Shown here piece by piece: positions 36,957-45,693 of a DNA stretch of 64,000 nucleotides (position 1 is its first letter; the number at the start of each line of letters is the position of its first letter). Source of the DNA: Chryseobacterium gleum (GTDB taxonomy: Bacteria > Bacteroidota > Bacteroidia > Flavobacteriales_D > Crocinitomicaceae); contig CAMDAH010000006.1 in the NCBI GenBank assembly GCA_945888625.1, positions 45,647-109,646 of the forward strand. Reading direction: 5' to 3'. The translations under genes were made by a program, and so were the position numbers. The notes below the pieces were generated by a model, which was not told the origin of the DNA, ran no database searches, and saw only the letters and a program-made list of their open reading frames with translations.

Positions 36957-37400
36957 ATGATGGATTTAGCAGCAATGTTAGAAGCATTGAATCGACTAAA
37001 GGGTTCAACTTTACCCTTGTGGGGTGAAATGACAGCCCAAGAAATGGTGGAGCATTTAAGCGATCTGCTTGTTATGTCTCAAGGTAAGGGCAATTTTATG
37101 ACCGATGCAGATTCAGAAACTCAAGAAAGAAGACAGAAATTTTTATTTTCTGATAAAGAAATGGCGAAGAATGTTGCTATTCCTTTCAAAATTAAAAAAA
37201 CTGAGTTACGAAATGATGAACTCGAACTTGCCGTTGATGAGTTTACAAACGAGTGGCTTAATTTTATTGAATTTTACGAAACTAATCCGAAAGCTGAAAG
37301 AATTCATCCTTACTATGGAAACTTGAATGAGCTAAAATGGATGAAATTACATGAAAAACATATGATCCACCATTTCAAACAATTTGGCCTTATCCAATGA
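36957..37400 (+). CDS. DUF1569 / DinB-like four-helix bundle protein
   Basis: 147 aa. The C-terminal HPYYGNLNELKWMKLHEKHMIHHFKQFGL pattern is typical of DUF1569. Confidence 0.55.
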   Translation: MMDLAAMLEALNRLKGSTLPLWGEMTAQEMVEHLSDLLVMSQGKGNFMTDADSETQERRQKFLFSDKEMAKNVAIPFKIKKTELRNDELELAVDEFTNEWLNFIEFYETNPKAERIHPYYGNLNELKWMKLHEKHMIHHFKQFGLIQ

Positions 37401-37567
37401 CATTTTGGTTATTTGCAATTGGATTAGGCGTTTGTCTTGGTACAATTAATTTTTTTTACTGGAGAAATAGAGGCTACCGAAATTGGAGTAATTTATACCT
37501 CAGCATAATTGCTTTTTTTGTTCTTGGTCTTCTCTTTCTTAAGTTATTTGGATTTAATACTCCATAA
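37397..37567 (+). CDS. candidate small membrane protein (56 aa, two TM helices)
   Basis: Below the ORF-track cutoff. Hand translation gives MTFWLFAIGLGVCLGTINFFYWRNRGYRNWSNLYLSIIAFFVLGLLFLKLFGFNTP. Its ATG overlaps the upstream stop (ATGA). Confidence 0.4.
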   Translation: MTFWLFAIGLGVCLGTINFFYWRNRGYRNWSNLYLSIIAFFVLGLLFLKLFGFNTP

Positions 37568-38150
37568 CGATTCGGTTAGTCTCAATCAATTTTCGTAAAT
37601 TAATTAAAGCATAACGCATACGACCCAGCGCTGTATTTATACTGATATCTTCCATCTCCGCGATTTCTTTGAAAGACAAATCTTGAAAAATTCGCATTTG
37701 AACAATTTCGCGTTGCATCGTTGGTAAATGGTCTAACAATTCAACCATTTGAGATTCCAATTCAGCATTACAAGTCATATCTAAAAAATTCTTGTCATCA
37801 TTCGATAATTTATGAAAAATGGTAAATTCCTCACTGATAGTTCGCGACTCAGACAAAAATCGAACTTTATTAGTTTTACGAAAATGATCAATAACTAAGT
37901 TGTGCGCTATACGCATTAACCAAGGTAAAAATTTCCCCTCCTCATTGTAATTACCACTTTTCATGGTTGTAATTACTTTCATAAAAGCATCCTGAAAAAT
38001 ATCATTTGCTAAATCCGAATCCCTTACTTTAGAATTAATATAACGAAAAAGACGGTCTTTGTGACGATTTAATAATTCGGCAAAGGCATTTTCTTTTCCC
38101 GATAAATACAATTTGATTAACTCTTGATCTGCTACAGTTTGAAACGACAT
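37554..38150 (-). CDS. RNA polymerase sigma-70 factor, ECF subfamily
   Basis: 198 aa. Region 2 (DIFQDAFMKV, WLMRIAHNLVIDHFR) and region 4 (REIVQMRIFQDLSFKEIAEMEDISINTALGRMRYA). Confidence 0.85.
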   Translation of the reverse strand: MSFQTVADQELIKLYLSGKENAFAELLNRHKDRLFRYINSKVRDSDLANDIFQDAFMKVITTMKSGNYNEEGKFLPWLMRIAHNLVIDHFRKTNKVRFLSESRTISEEFTIFHKLSNDDKNFLDMTCNAELESQMVELLDHLPTMQREIVQMRIFQDLSFKEIAEMEDISINTALGRMRYALINLRKLIETNRIVMEY

Positions 38151-38299
38151 ATTTACTAATTAATCCAAAAAATTGGTGGTTAAGTAAATTTAGTCGATAG
38201 GCAGTTTTAAGTTTAAAATTTTCGTAAATATAACGTTGGTTATTGGAACAGAATTACTATATTTAGTATTTAATTGTTTTCAATGAACATTTATGGACT

Positions 38300-38851
38300 A
38301 TGAAAAATAATTTACTGATTTTGGGTCTGGCGACCTTACTAATTTTTCCACTAATTGGTTATTTACTTTGCCAAATTTCGGCGCCCACATCTTTCGTTGA
38401 ATTTCTCGCATTCGACAAAATAAATCCCGTTGCCATTGGGTATGGAATTGAGTTTGGGATTATTTATGCTTTTTTTGCTTATTTACTTATGAATGCCCCA
38501 TTTTTCGATAAGGTTTCTTCGCGCATGGACCACCTAATCGCCTCTCTAAAATTAAAAATTTGGCAAGGACTATTTTTGTCATTCTGCGCAGGCGTGGGTG
38601 AAGAATTACTTTTTAGAACAGGTGTGCAACCTTATCTTGGCGTTTTGATTACTTCAGTATTATTTATTGCGCTGCATGGCTATCTTAACCCGTTTAATTG
38701 GCGATTTTCCGTTTACGGAATCATTGCGCTGCCTTTTATTCTATTACTCTCCGAGGGCTATCTTTATTTTGGACTGTACTTTGCAATTGCAGCTCACTTC
38801 TCCTACGATGCCGTGCTTTTTACTTTTATTATAAAGGAGTCCAAATTATAA
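38300..38851 (+). CDS. CPBP family intramembrane glutamic endopeptidase (CAAX protease-like)
   Basis: A polytopic membrane protein with GVGEELLFR, a downstream ALHG, and the AAHFSYD motif. Confidence 0.75.
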   Translation: MKNNLLILGLATLLIFPLIGYLLCQISAPTSFVEFLAFDKINPVAIGYGIEFGIIYAFFAYLLMNAPFFDKVSSRMDHLIASLKLKIWQGLFLSFCAGVGEELLFRTGVQPYLGVLITSVLFIALHGYLNPFNWRFSVYGIIALPFILLLSEGYLYFGLYFAIAAHFSYDAVLFTFIIKESKL

Positions 38852-38863
38852 AAGAGTAATTAC

Positions 38864-38871
38864 TACTTTTG
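38864..38871 (+). promoter_or_regulatory. -7 box (TACTTTTG) upstream of the PAP2 gene
   Basis: Exact TAnnTTTG match 7 nt before the ATG at 38879. Confidence 0.4.
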
Positions 38872-38878
38872 AAAATAG

Positions 38879-39526
38879 ATGAAAAAGCAAATTCCATATT
38901 ATTTTATTTTTTGTCTGCTCGCTTTTTGGACTTTTTCGTTGCTTTGGTTGGGCTTTGGCGATAAAATATCAATTCACAAAACACTGACTCAGTATCATAG
39001 TAATCAATGGGATTTAATGTTTCAACTAATTACCTTTTGTGGCGACGGCATTTTTCTAGTCATTATTTCATTTTTGTTTTTACTTATAAATATAAGAACT
39101 GCGTTACTTCAAATTATTAGTTATGCTGTCTCCGGTATATTGTGTACAACATTGAAATACACACTTTTTTCTGAAAGTAAACGACCCTATTTTTACTTAA
39201 AGGATGACCTGACATTTCATAAAATAATTGACTTTACTTATTTTACAGCACATTCGTTTCCTTCAGGACATACCACCAGTATTTTTGCAATAATGACCAT
39301 TTTTGCGCTTGTATATCAAAATTCAAGAGTTGCTATGATTGTATTTTTTCTTTTTGCCTTGTTGGTCGCTTATTCCCGAATATACCTATCGCAACATTTT
39401 CTTATCGATGTTGTCGCAGGGTCCTTTTTGGGGAGTTGCATAGCATACCTTGTTTTTCAAACGCTAAATCCACGCTTAATAAAATTTAACGCATCTCTTC
39501 TTAAACTAAGTAAACACAATGAATAG
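38879..39526 (+). CDS. PAP2-superfamily membrane phosphatase
   Basis: The three acid-phosphatase motifs are present: SESKRP, PSGHT and SRIYLSQHFLIDV. Confidence 0.85.
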   Translation: MKKQIPYYFIFCLLAFWTFSLLWLGFGDKISIHKTLTQYHSNQWDLMFQLITFCGDGIFLVIISFLFLLINIRTALLQIISYAVSGILCTTLKYTLFSESKRPYFYLKDDLTFHKIIDFTYFTAHSFPSGHTTSIFAIMTIFALVYQNSRVAMIVFFLFALLVAYSRIYLSQHFLIDVVAGSFLGSCIAYLVFQTLNPRLIKFNASLLKLSKHNE

Positions 39527-41141
39527 CTTTCGAATAAGTTTTATTTTAGCGCTCTGCCTAATTTTATTTCTACCTTTCTTGGGTACCGTGCACCTCTTTG
39601 ATTGGGACGAAATCAATTTTGCAGAATGTGCTCGCGAAATGCTATCTTCAGGTAATTATTCAACCGTTACAATTGATTACCTTCCTTTTTGGGAAAAACC
39701 ACCCTTATTTATTTGGATGCAAGCTATTTCTATGAAATCTTTTGGTATCAACGAATTCGCTGCGCGCTTTCCTAATTTTATTGCCGTCATTGCAACATCC
39801 TTCTTTGTTTACTTAGCAGGAAAAAAAGTTAGAAATGAAACATTCGGCTACTGGTGGCTTGCCTTTTATTTAGGATCCTTTTTGCCTAATATCTACTTTC
39901 ACTCGGGAATCATAGATCCTTGGTTTAACTTATTTATAATTGGCTCAATTTATCATCTTTACAAAGGTCATACTAACGAATACGGAATAGGTTCCTACCT
40001 TATCGCTGCCTTTTTCTTAGGACTTGCCATATTGACCAAAGGTCCCGTTGCACTTTTATTAGTTGGAGGAACAACGCTAATTTACTTCATAGCCACGCGA
40101 TTTAGACAATTCCCATCCATCGGTCAACTTACTGTTTTTTTAATTTTTACCTCGTTAATTGGTGGAATATGGTTTATGCTTTTAATTAATACTGGCAATA
40201 AGCAGGTGATCGCAGAATTTATTTCTTATCAACTTCGTTTATTTCAAACGCGAGACGCAGGACACGGAGGACCATTCTACTATCATTTTATTGTATTGCT
40301 TTTGGGCTGTTTTCCCGCTTCATTTTTTGCGATTGGTTATTTTTTATTTCAACATAAAAACAAAAAATTAGCCTTTGACTTATGGATGAAAGTTATCTTT
40401 TTGTTAACCCTATTACTTTTCTCTATAGTGAGCACGAAAATCATTCATTATTCATCGCTTTGTTATTTTCCACTTGCCTATTTTGCTGCAAGGTGGGTAG
40501 AAGATCAAAAAAATCCAAAACAGGTTAAGTTGGTAGCTTTAATAACACTTAGCTATTTAGCCATTTTATCTATTGCACTTTTAGCAATCCCCTATACGCT
40601 AAGTCACAAAAATTGGCTTTTAAGTAGTATAACCATAAAAGACCCATTTGCCAATGCAAATATAAATGCAAAACAAAATTGGAGTAACTGGGATTATTTT
40701 CCGGGCTTATTTTTTCTTTTTGGATCACTCGTTTCCCTTGTCTTTATTTTAAGGCGGCAGTTGAAGTTAGGAATAATTGCCTCGTTGTTAACAGTGGCAG
40801 TGGGAATAGTAACCATCCAAGCAAATACTTTATCTAAAATTGAAGGAATAACACAAGCAGCGGCAATTGAGTTCTTTCAAAAACACAAAAATGAGAACTG
40901 CTACCTTATTCCGCTTGGCTATAAATCATATGCGCATCTATTCTATGGGGAAACGAAAAATCATAAAAACAATAAGCGATTTGATGAAGCATGGTTATGC
41001 AATGAAACAACTGATAAACCGGTGTATTTCGTTTCAAAAATTGATCGTAAGGAAGGTTATTTAAAAACCTATCCCAAATTATCCGTTTTGTATGAGAAAA
41101 ATGGCTTTGTTTTCTACAGCAAGTTGCCCAAAGCAAAATAA
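39519..41141 (+). CDS. ArnT/PMT-like glycosyltransferase (GT39/GT83-type, polyprenyl-phosphate-sugar dependent)
   Basis: 540 aa and polytopic. The first-loop motif is LFDWDEINFAECAREM. It overlaps the PAP2 gene by 8 nt. Confidence 0.75.
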   Translation: MNSFRISFILALCLILFLPFLGTVHLFDWDEINFAECAREMLSSGNYSTVTIDYLPFWEKPPLFIWMQAISMKSFGINEFAARFPNFIAVIATSFFVYLAGKKVRNETFGYWWLAFYLGSFLPNIYFHSGIIDPWFNLFIIGSIYHLYKGHTNEYGIGSYLIAAFFLGLAILTKGPVALLLVGGTTLIYFIATRFRQFPSIGQLTVFLIFTSLIGGIWFMLLINTGNKQVIAEFISYQLRLFQTRDAGHGGPFYYHFIVLLLGCFPASFFAIGYFLFQHKNKKLAFDLWMKVIFLLTLLLFSIVSTKIIHYSSLCYFPLAYFAARWVEDQKNPKQVKLVALITLSYLAILSIALLAIPYTLSHKNWLLSSITIKDPFANANINAKQNWSNWDYFPGLFFLFGSLVSLVFILRRQLKLGIIASLLTVAVGIVTIQANTLSKIEGITQAAAIEFFQKHKNENCYLIPLGYKSYAHLFYGETKNHKNNKRFDEAWLCNETTDKPVYFVSKIDRKEGYLKTYPKLSVLYEKNGFVFYSKLPKAK

Positions 41142-41277
41142 ATTCTAGAAATACTTATTGCTGCTAATAATAAACGAAAATCAGCCCTTACTTTACTATA
41201 TAAGGGAATTAATTTTAACTAAATCTAGTTAAACAAAATATGATTTATCCTTCTTAGCGGTCGTTTATTTACGTCGC

Positions 41278-43842
41278 TTAATTCAGTTTAATAACCTTGA
41301 CAATTTGAATTTGGCGCAGATCGTTAATAACAGAAACAAAATACAAACCTGATCCAACATGCATTAAATCTATTTCTGTTTCAATCAATGCCTTTTTCTC
41401 TTCAATTAATTTTCCTTGTAGATCGCGCACTTGAATGTAGAAATTACCTTCGCTCATAAGAACAACATGTATAGATTGGTTAGTTGGATTAGGGTATACC
41501 TCAAACAATGGGGTATTAGTTTCATTAACAGCATTGATGAGGGTTAAATTGTAAGGTTCACTTGTATTGCCACAACCATACTCATTTGTTACATACACAG
41601 TGTATAACCCTGATGCAGTTGCAATATGAAAAGATGAAGTTTCACCGGGAATCAGAACGCCATTTAAATACCATTGATAGGAAGCCGCGAGCGAACAGAA
41701 TAGGGTATCATTCGACTGCGTAATTATCGGAGGAGGTGGATTACTGCCAACACTGACAACTACGATATTGCTTGCTTGACTTGTACATCCGCCAATTGTA
41801 TTGGTTACGTAATAAGAACCAGCTGCAAAAACTAAAATAGTATCGGTCGTTTCACCATCGGGAGCCCAGGTATTACCCCCCAAGATATTTGAATAAAGTT
41901 GAATGGATCCATCCGAACATAAAATTATAGGTCCTGCAGGCGAAACAATTGGCGCTATTGGGCTAGGATTGACAACTACAATAATAGGTAATGAACTTGC
42001 TTGGCAACCATTTAGACCTGTATAGCTTACAGAATAAGATCCAGCATTGGTTACTGCGATGGTTTGTGTATTCAATCCATTTGGTGACCATGTGTTACCA
42101 GTTGGATAGGAAGAAGTTAGCAGCAAGGTGTCTCCAGAACAAATAGTTGTTGGTCCTGAAGCGGTGATTGTTGGAACTGCAGGACTTGCGTTTAGGGTAA
42201 TATAATTTGCCATGACAAGGGTATCGAAACTTACTCCATTCCCAACGACTAATGTCACAGGATACGAGCCGGGAGTAGTGTAGCAAATATTACTTGGGTT
42301 TTGAAGATTAGAAGTAGCAGGAATTGCACCTGGGAACGACCACGACCATGAACTTGGACTACCATTCGAAATGTCGGTAAAATTGACGCAGCTATTGGGT
42401 TGACAAAGCTGAGCTTGACTGGTTTGAAAAGCTGCGGTTAAAGATGGAAGCCCACAAAGCACTGTGGTTGAACCCCCAGAGCCATAAAGCCCACCTGAAA
42501 CACTCGTACCTCCTGCAGCAGCACTGACCCCTCTTGTTGTGTTAGTTGGTCCTGATCCGCGATCAGCACCACCATTTCTTATTGTACAGCAGGTATTGAG
42601 TGCTGCATCTAACTTAACAAGGTAAATTTCGTCAGGATAAGTTCCAGCCACTAATTCTTGTGAATATCCCGCTATCATGTATCCGCCATCATTTGTTTTA
42701 ATTAAACATTTTCCGATGTCGTTTTGCGCTGTACCAATTATGTGTGTTGATACTAGTGTTCCTGTTCCTGAAACACGAACCAAATAATATTCCAATCCTA
42801 CTTGTTGACTATTATTGAAATTGTAATTAAACGAGAAAGTATAACCTCCTACTAGATAGTCACCATTTGCCATTTGAACAACAGACTCAGCATAATCACT
42901 TCCATCGGTAGAGACATTAGCTATTTGAGTACCACCGTAATATCGAGTCCAAGAAACAGCTCCAGCCGCGTCTAATTTTACTAGAAGATAATGCCAATTA
43001 AATCCTCCACTAACTTTAGGTTGACCAGCTTCTCCTGCCACCATGTATCCACCGTCGGCAGTCTGAATAATAGACCTCGCATAATCTGGATATCTGGTTG
43101 TATTGACATCTTGCACTAAGCGTGACCATACCATGTTACCACTTCCATCAAGTTTTACAATGTAAAAATCATTCGACGAGGTGCTTCCGCTTCCAGTCCA
43201 AGTATAGGCCGTTCCAGCAATTGCAAAACCACCATCATTTGTATTGGTAATCGAATAGGCAATATCTGCCAATCCCGCGGCACCCACTTTTTTATCCCAA
43301 ACAAGATTTCCTGAAGCGTCAGTTCTTACCACATAGAAATCATTAGGAGATGCGCCAAAAGACGCAGTTTGTCCAGCAATACAAAATCCACTATCTGGTG
43401 TTTGAACAACTTCCCACCCTTGATCTGTTCCGGTACTACCGTAACTTTTGTTCCATTGCACATTTCCAGCCGCATCCAATTTAACGAGGTAAAAATCATC
43501 TCCACCTGCACCATAGGAAGCAGTTGTTCCTGCAATGGCATATCCACCATCAAAGGTTTTAATGATCGATCGCCCATAATCATTTCCGATTCCACCAATA
43601 GTTTGTGTCCATATAACTGTTCCGACAGCATTGGTTTTCATTACGTAAATATCAATTAATCCAGCGCCAAAAGAACTAGTCTGTCCTGCAACTACATAGC
43701 CACCATCATTTGACTGAACCATAGAATGTGCTTGATCACTGGAAGGGCCACCGCCTGTAATACATATTTGACCTTGAGCTTTTAAGGTATTAAAGCCAAC
43801 TGAAAGGCATAGAAATATTAGGGAAAATAGAAAATGCTTCAT
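41278..43842 (-). CDS. T9SS-secreted multidomain surface protein (beta-propeller-like repeats + PKD + Ig-like repeats + T9SS C-terminal sorting domain)
   Basis: 854 aa with a signal peptide. About 8 copies of a ~50-aa DGGY.(I/V)AG....(F/Y)G......Y(L/V)VK.D..G...W repeat, a PKD-like segment (FTDISNGSPSSWSWSFPG), three Cys-containing Ig-like repeats, and a C-terminal YPNPT...GLYFV...VKVIK tail. Confidence 0.8.
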   Translation of the reverse strand: MKHFLFSLIFLCLSVGFNTLKAQGQICITGGGPSSDQAHSMVQSNDGGYVVAGQTSSFGAGLIDIYVMKTNAVGTVIWTQTIGGIGNDYGRSIIKTFDGGYAIAGTTASYGAGGDDFYLVKLDAAGNVQWNKSYGSTGTDQGWEVVQTPDSGFCIAGQTASFGASPNDFYVVRTDASGNLVWDKKVGAAGLADIAYSITNTNDGGFAIAGTAYTWTGSGSTSSNDFYIVKLDGSGNMVWSRLVQDVNTTRYPDYARSIIQTADGGYMVAGEAGQPKVSGGFNWHYLLVKLDAAGAVSWTRYYGGTQIANVSTDGSDYAESVVQMANGDYLVGGYTFSFNYNFNNSQQVGLEYYLVRVSGTGTLVSTHIIGTAQNDIGKCLIKTNDGGYMIAGYSQELVAGTYPDEIYLVKLDAALNTCCTIRNGGADRGSGPTNTTRGVSAAAGGTSVSGGLYGSGGSTTVLCGLPSLTAAFQTSQAQLCQPNSCVNFTDISNGSPSSWSWSFPGAIPATSNLQNPSNICYTTPGSYPVTLVVGNGVSFDTLVMANYITLNASPAVPTITASGPTTICSGDTLLLTSSYPTGNTWSPNGLNTQTIAVTNAGSYSVSYTGLNGCQASSLPIIVVVNPSPIAPIVSPAGPIILCSDGSIQLYSNILGGNTWAPDGETTDTILVFAAGSYYVTNTIGGCTSQASNIVVVSVGSNPPPPIITQSNDTLFCSLAASYQWYLNGVLIPGETSSFHIATASGLYTVYVTNEYGCGNTSEPYNLTLINAVNETNTPLFEVYPNPTNQSIHVVLMSEGNFYIQVRDLQGKLIEEKKALIETEIDLMHVGSGLYFVSVINDLRQIQIVKVIKLN

Positions 43843-44028
43843 AAAAAGGTAGTTTATTAATTACTTAGTAATCATAAACTTACTACTTATTTTTCATATT
43901 AGCTATTTATAATACGAACGCTTGTTTTTAAAATAGATGCAGATCTTATTCATAACCCCTCTATGTTATGGCTTTGAGATTAGACAACTAATTTTTAATT
44001 ACTATATTATTAATCAGTCATTAGTGAT

Positions 44029-44036
44029 TACTTTTG
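44029..44036 (+). promoter_or_regulatory. -7 box (TACTTTTG) upstream of the aminotransferase gene
   Basis: Exact TAnnTTTG match 13 nt before the ATG at 44050. Confidence 0.45.
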
Positions 44037-44049
44037 TTTCAAAAAAAAT

Positions 44050-45246
44050 ATGCCTCAATTATCAAATAAAGCCGTGTTAATGCCCGCTTCTCCGATCCGG
44101 AAACTGGTTCCTTTTGCAGAGCAAGCCAAGAAAACAGGCAAAATTGTTTACCACCTAAATATAGGACAGCCAGACATTGCCACACCTGAAAGTGCCTTAA
44201 ATGCTATCAGAAATTTTGATCAAAAAGTAATTGAATACAGTCATTCGGCTGGATTCGAGAGTTATCGAATTAAACTTGCAGCCACGTATCAAAAAAATGG
44301 GATTGATGTAAACACCGAAGATATTATAATAACTACAGGTGGATCTGAGGCCTTAGTTTTTGCCATGATGGCAACGTGTAACTTGGAGGATGAAGTAATC
44401 ATTCCTGAACCATTCTATGCAAACTACAACGGATTTGCAGTAATGGCAGGCGTGAAGGTTGTTCCAGTAATTTCAAACATTGAATCAGGTTTTGCTCTAC
44501 CTCCAATCGAACAAATCGAGCAAAAAATCAGCGCTAAAACCAAGGGTATTGTGATCTGTAATCCTGGTAATCCAACAGGTTATTTGTACTCAAAAGAAGA
44601 ATTGGAAAAATTGGCTGTACTGGTTAAGAAATATGATATTTTCTTAATTGCTGACGAAGTATATAGGGAATTCTGCTATGATGGCGCTAGTCCACACTCG
44701 GTGATGAATTTAGAAGAAATTAGCCAAAATGTAATTATGATTGATTCGGTATCTAAAAGGTACTCCATGTGCGGCGCACGAATCGGAGCACTTGTTTCAA
44801 AAAATGAATCGATTATTGCTGCAGCGCTAAAATTTGGACAAGCAAGATTATCGCCGCCAACAATTGATCAGTTTGCTGCTGAAGCTGCCTTAGAAACACC
44901 TACCTCCTACTTCACAGATGTGGTTTCTGAATACGTTGCTCGGAGAAACATTATGGTGGAGGGTCTCAATTCGATTGACGGCGTATTTTGTCCTAAACCG
45001 CGTGGTGCTTTTTATTGCGTTGCAAAATTTCCTGTAGATGATGCCGAAAAATTTTGTCAGTGGCTTTTAGAAGAATTCCAACATGAAGGACAAACAGTCA
45101 TGATGGCACCAGCTAGCGGTTTCTATTCGAGTGAGGGCGCGGGTAAACAAGAAGTTCGAATTGCTTATGTTTTGAATCAAGAATCCCTAAAAAAAGCAGT
45201 TATTTGTCTTCGGGAAGCACTTAAAATATACCCGGGTAGATTATAA
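44050..45246 (+). CDS. PLP-dependent aminotransferase, class I/II (aspartate aminotransferase-like)
   Basis: 398 aa with NPGNPTG, the PLP-lysine context DSVSKRYSMCGARIG, and a C-terminal RIAY. Confidence 0.85.
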   Translation: MPQLSNKAVLMPASPIRKLVPFAEQAKKTGKIVYHLNIGQPDIATPESALNAIRNFDQKVIEYSHSAGFESYRIKLAATYQKNGIDVNTEDIIITTGGSEALVFAMMATCNLEDEVIIPEPFYANYNGFAVMAGVKVVPVISNIESGFALPPIEQIEQKISAKTKGIVICNPGNPTGYLYSKEELEKLAVLVKKYDIFLIADEVYREFCYDGASPHSVMNLEEISQNVIMIDSVSKRYSMCGARIGALVSKNESIIAAALKFGQARLSPPTIDQFAAEAALETPTSYFTDVVSEYVARRNIMVEGLNSIDGVFCPKPRGAFYCVAKFPVDDAEKFCQWLLEEFQHEGQTVMMAPASGFYSSEGAGKQEVRIAYVLNQESLKKAVICLREALKIYPGRL

Positions 45247-45251
45247 AATAC

Positions 45252-45692
45252 ATGGAAGTTCAGCAATACATCGAACAGTTAGAGGGAACTAGAAAGCCTG
45301 AATTCTTAGAATTAAGAACAGTTATAATTGAAAATCTCCCTAAAGGATTTGAAGAATGTATAAGTTATGGAATGATTGGATATGTGGTTCCTCATTCTAT
45401 TTACCCTGCAGGTTATCACTGCACGCCAAAACTTCCCTTACCATTTTTGAATTTAGTCATGCGAAAAGATATCATTACCTTTTATCACATGGGCCTGTAT
45501 AGTGATGAAAAGTTGCTGAATTGGTTTAAAGATGAATACAGTAAATTCACTAAGCTAAAATTGGATATGGGAAAAAGCTGTGTACGTTTTAAAAAATCAA
45601 GTGCTATCCCCTATGCACTAATTGGCGAACTCATGCAGAAAGTTAGTGTTGAGGAGTGGATAACACGTTATGAAGAAAAACACAAAAGATAA
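45252..45692 (+). CDS. DUF1801 (YdhG-like) domain protein
   Basis: 146 aa. The ISYGMIGY core resembles DUF1801 family members. Confidence 0.5.
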   Translation: MEVQQYIEQLEGTRKPEFLELRTVIIENLPKGFEECISYGMIGYVVPHSIYPAGYHCTPKLPLPFLNLVMRKDIITFYHMGLYSDEKLLNWFKDEYSKFTKLKLDMGKSCVRFKKSSAIPYALIGELMQKVSVEEWITRYEEKHKR

Positions 45693-45693
45693 C

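Noticed and set aside
41190-41215. Hairpin CCCTTA-N10-TAAGGG after the ArnT-like gene, considered as a terminator
   Set aside because: It has a 6-bp AT-rich stem with a large loop and no following T-run, which is too weak to call.
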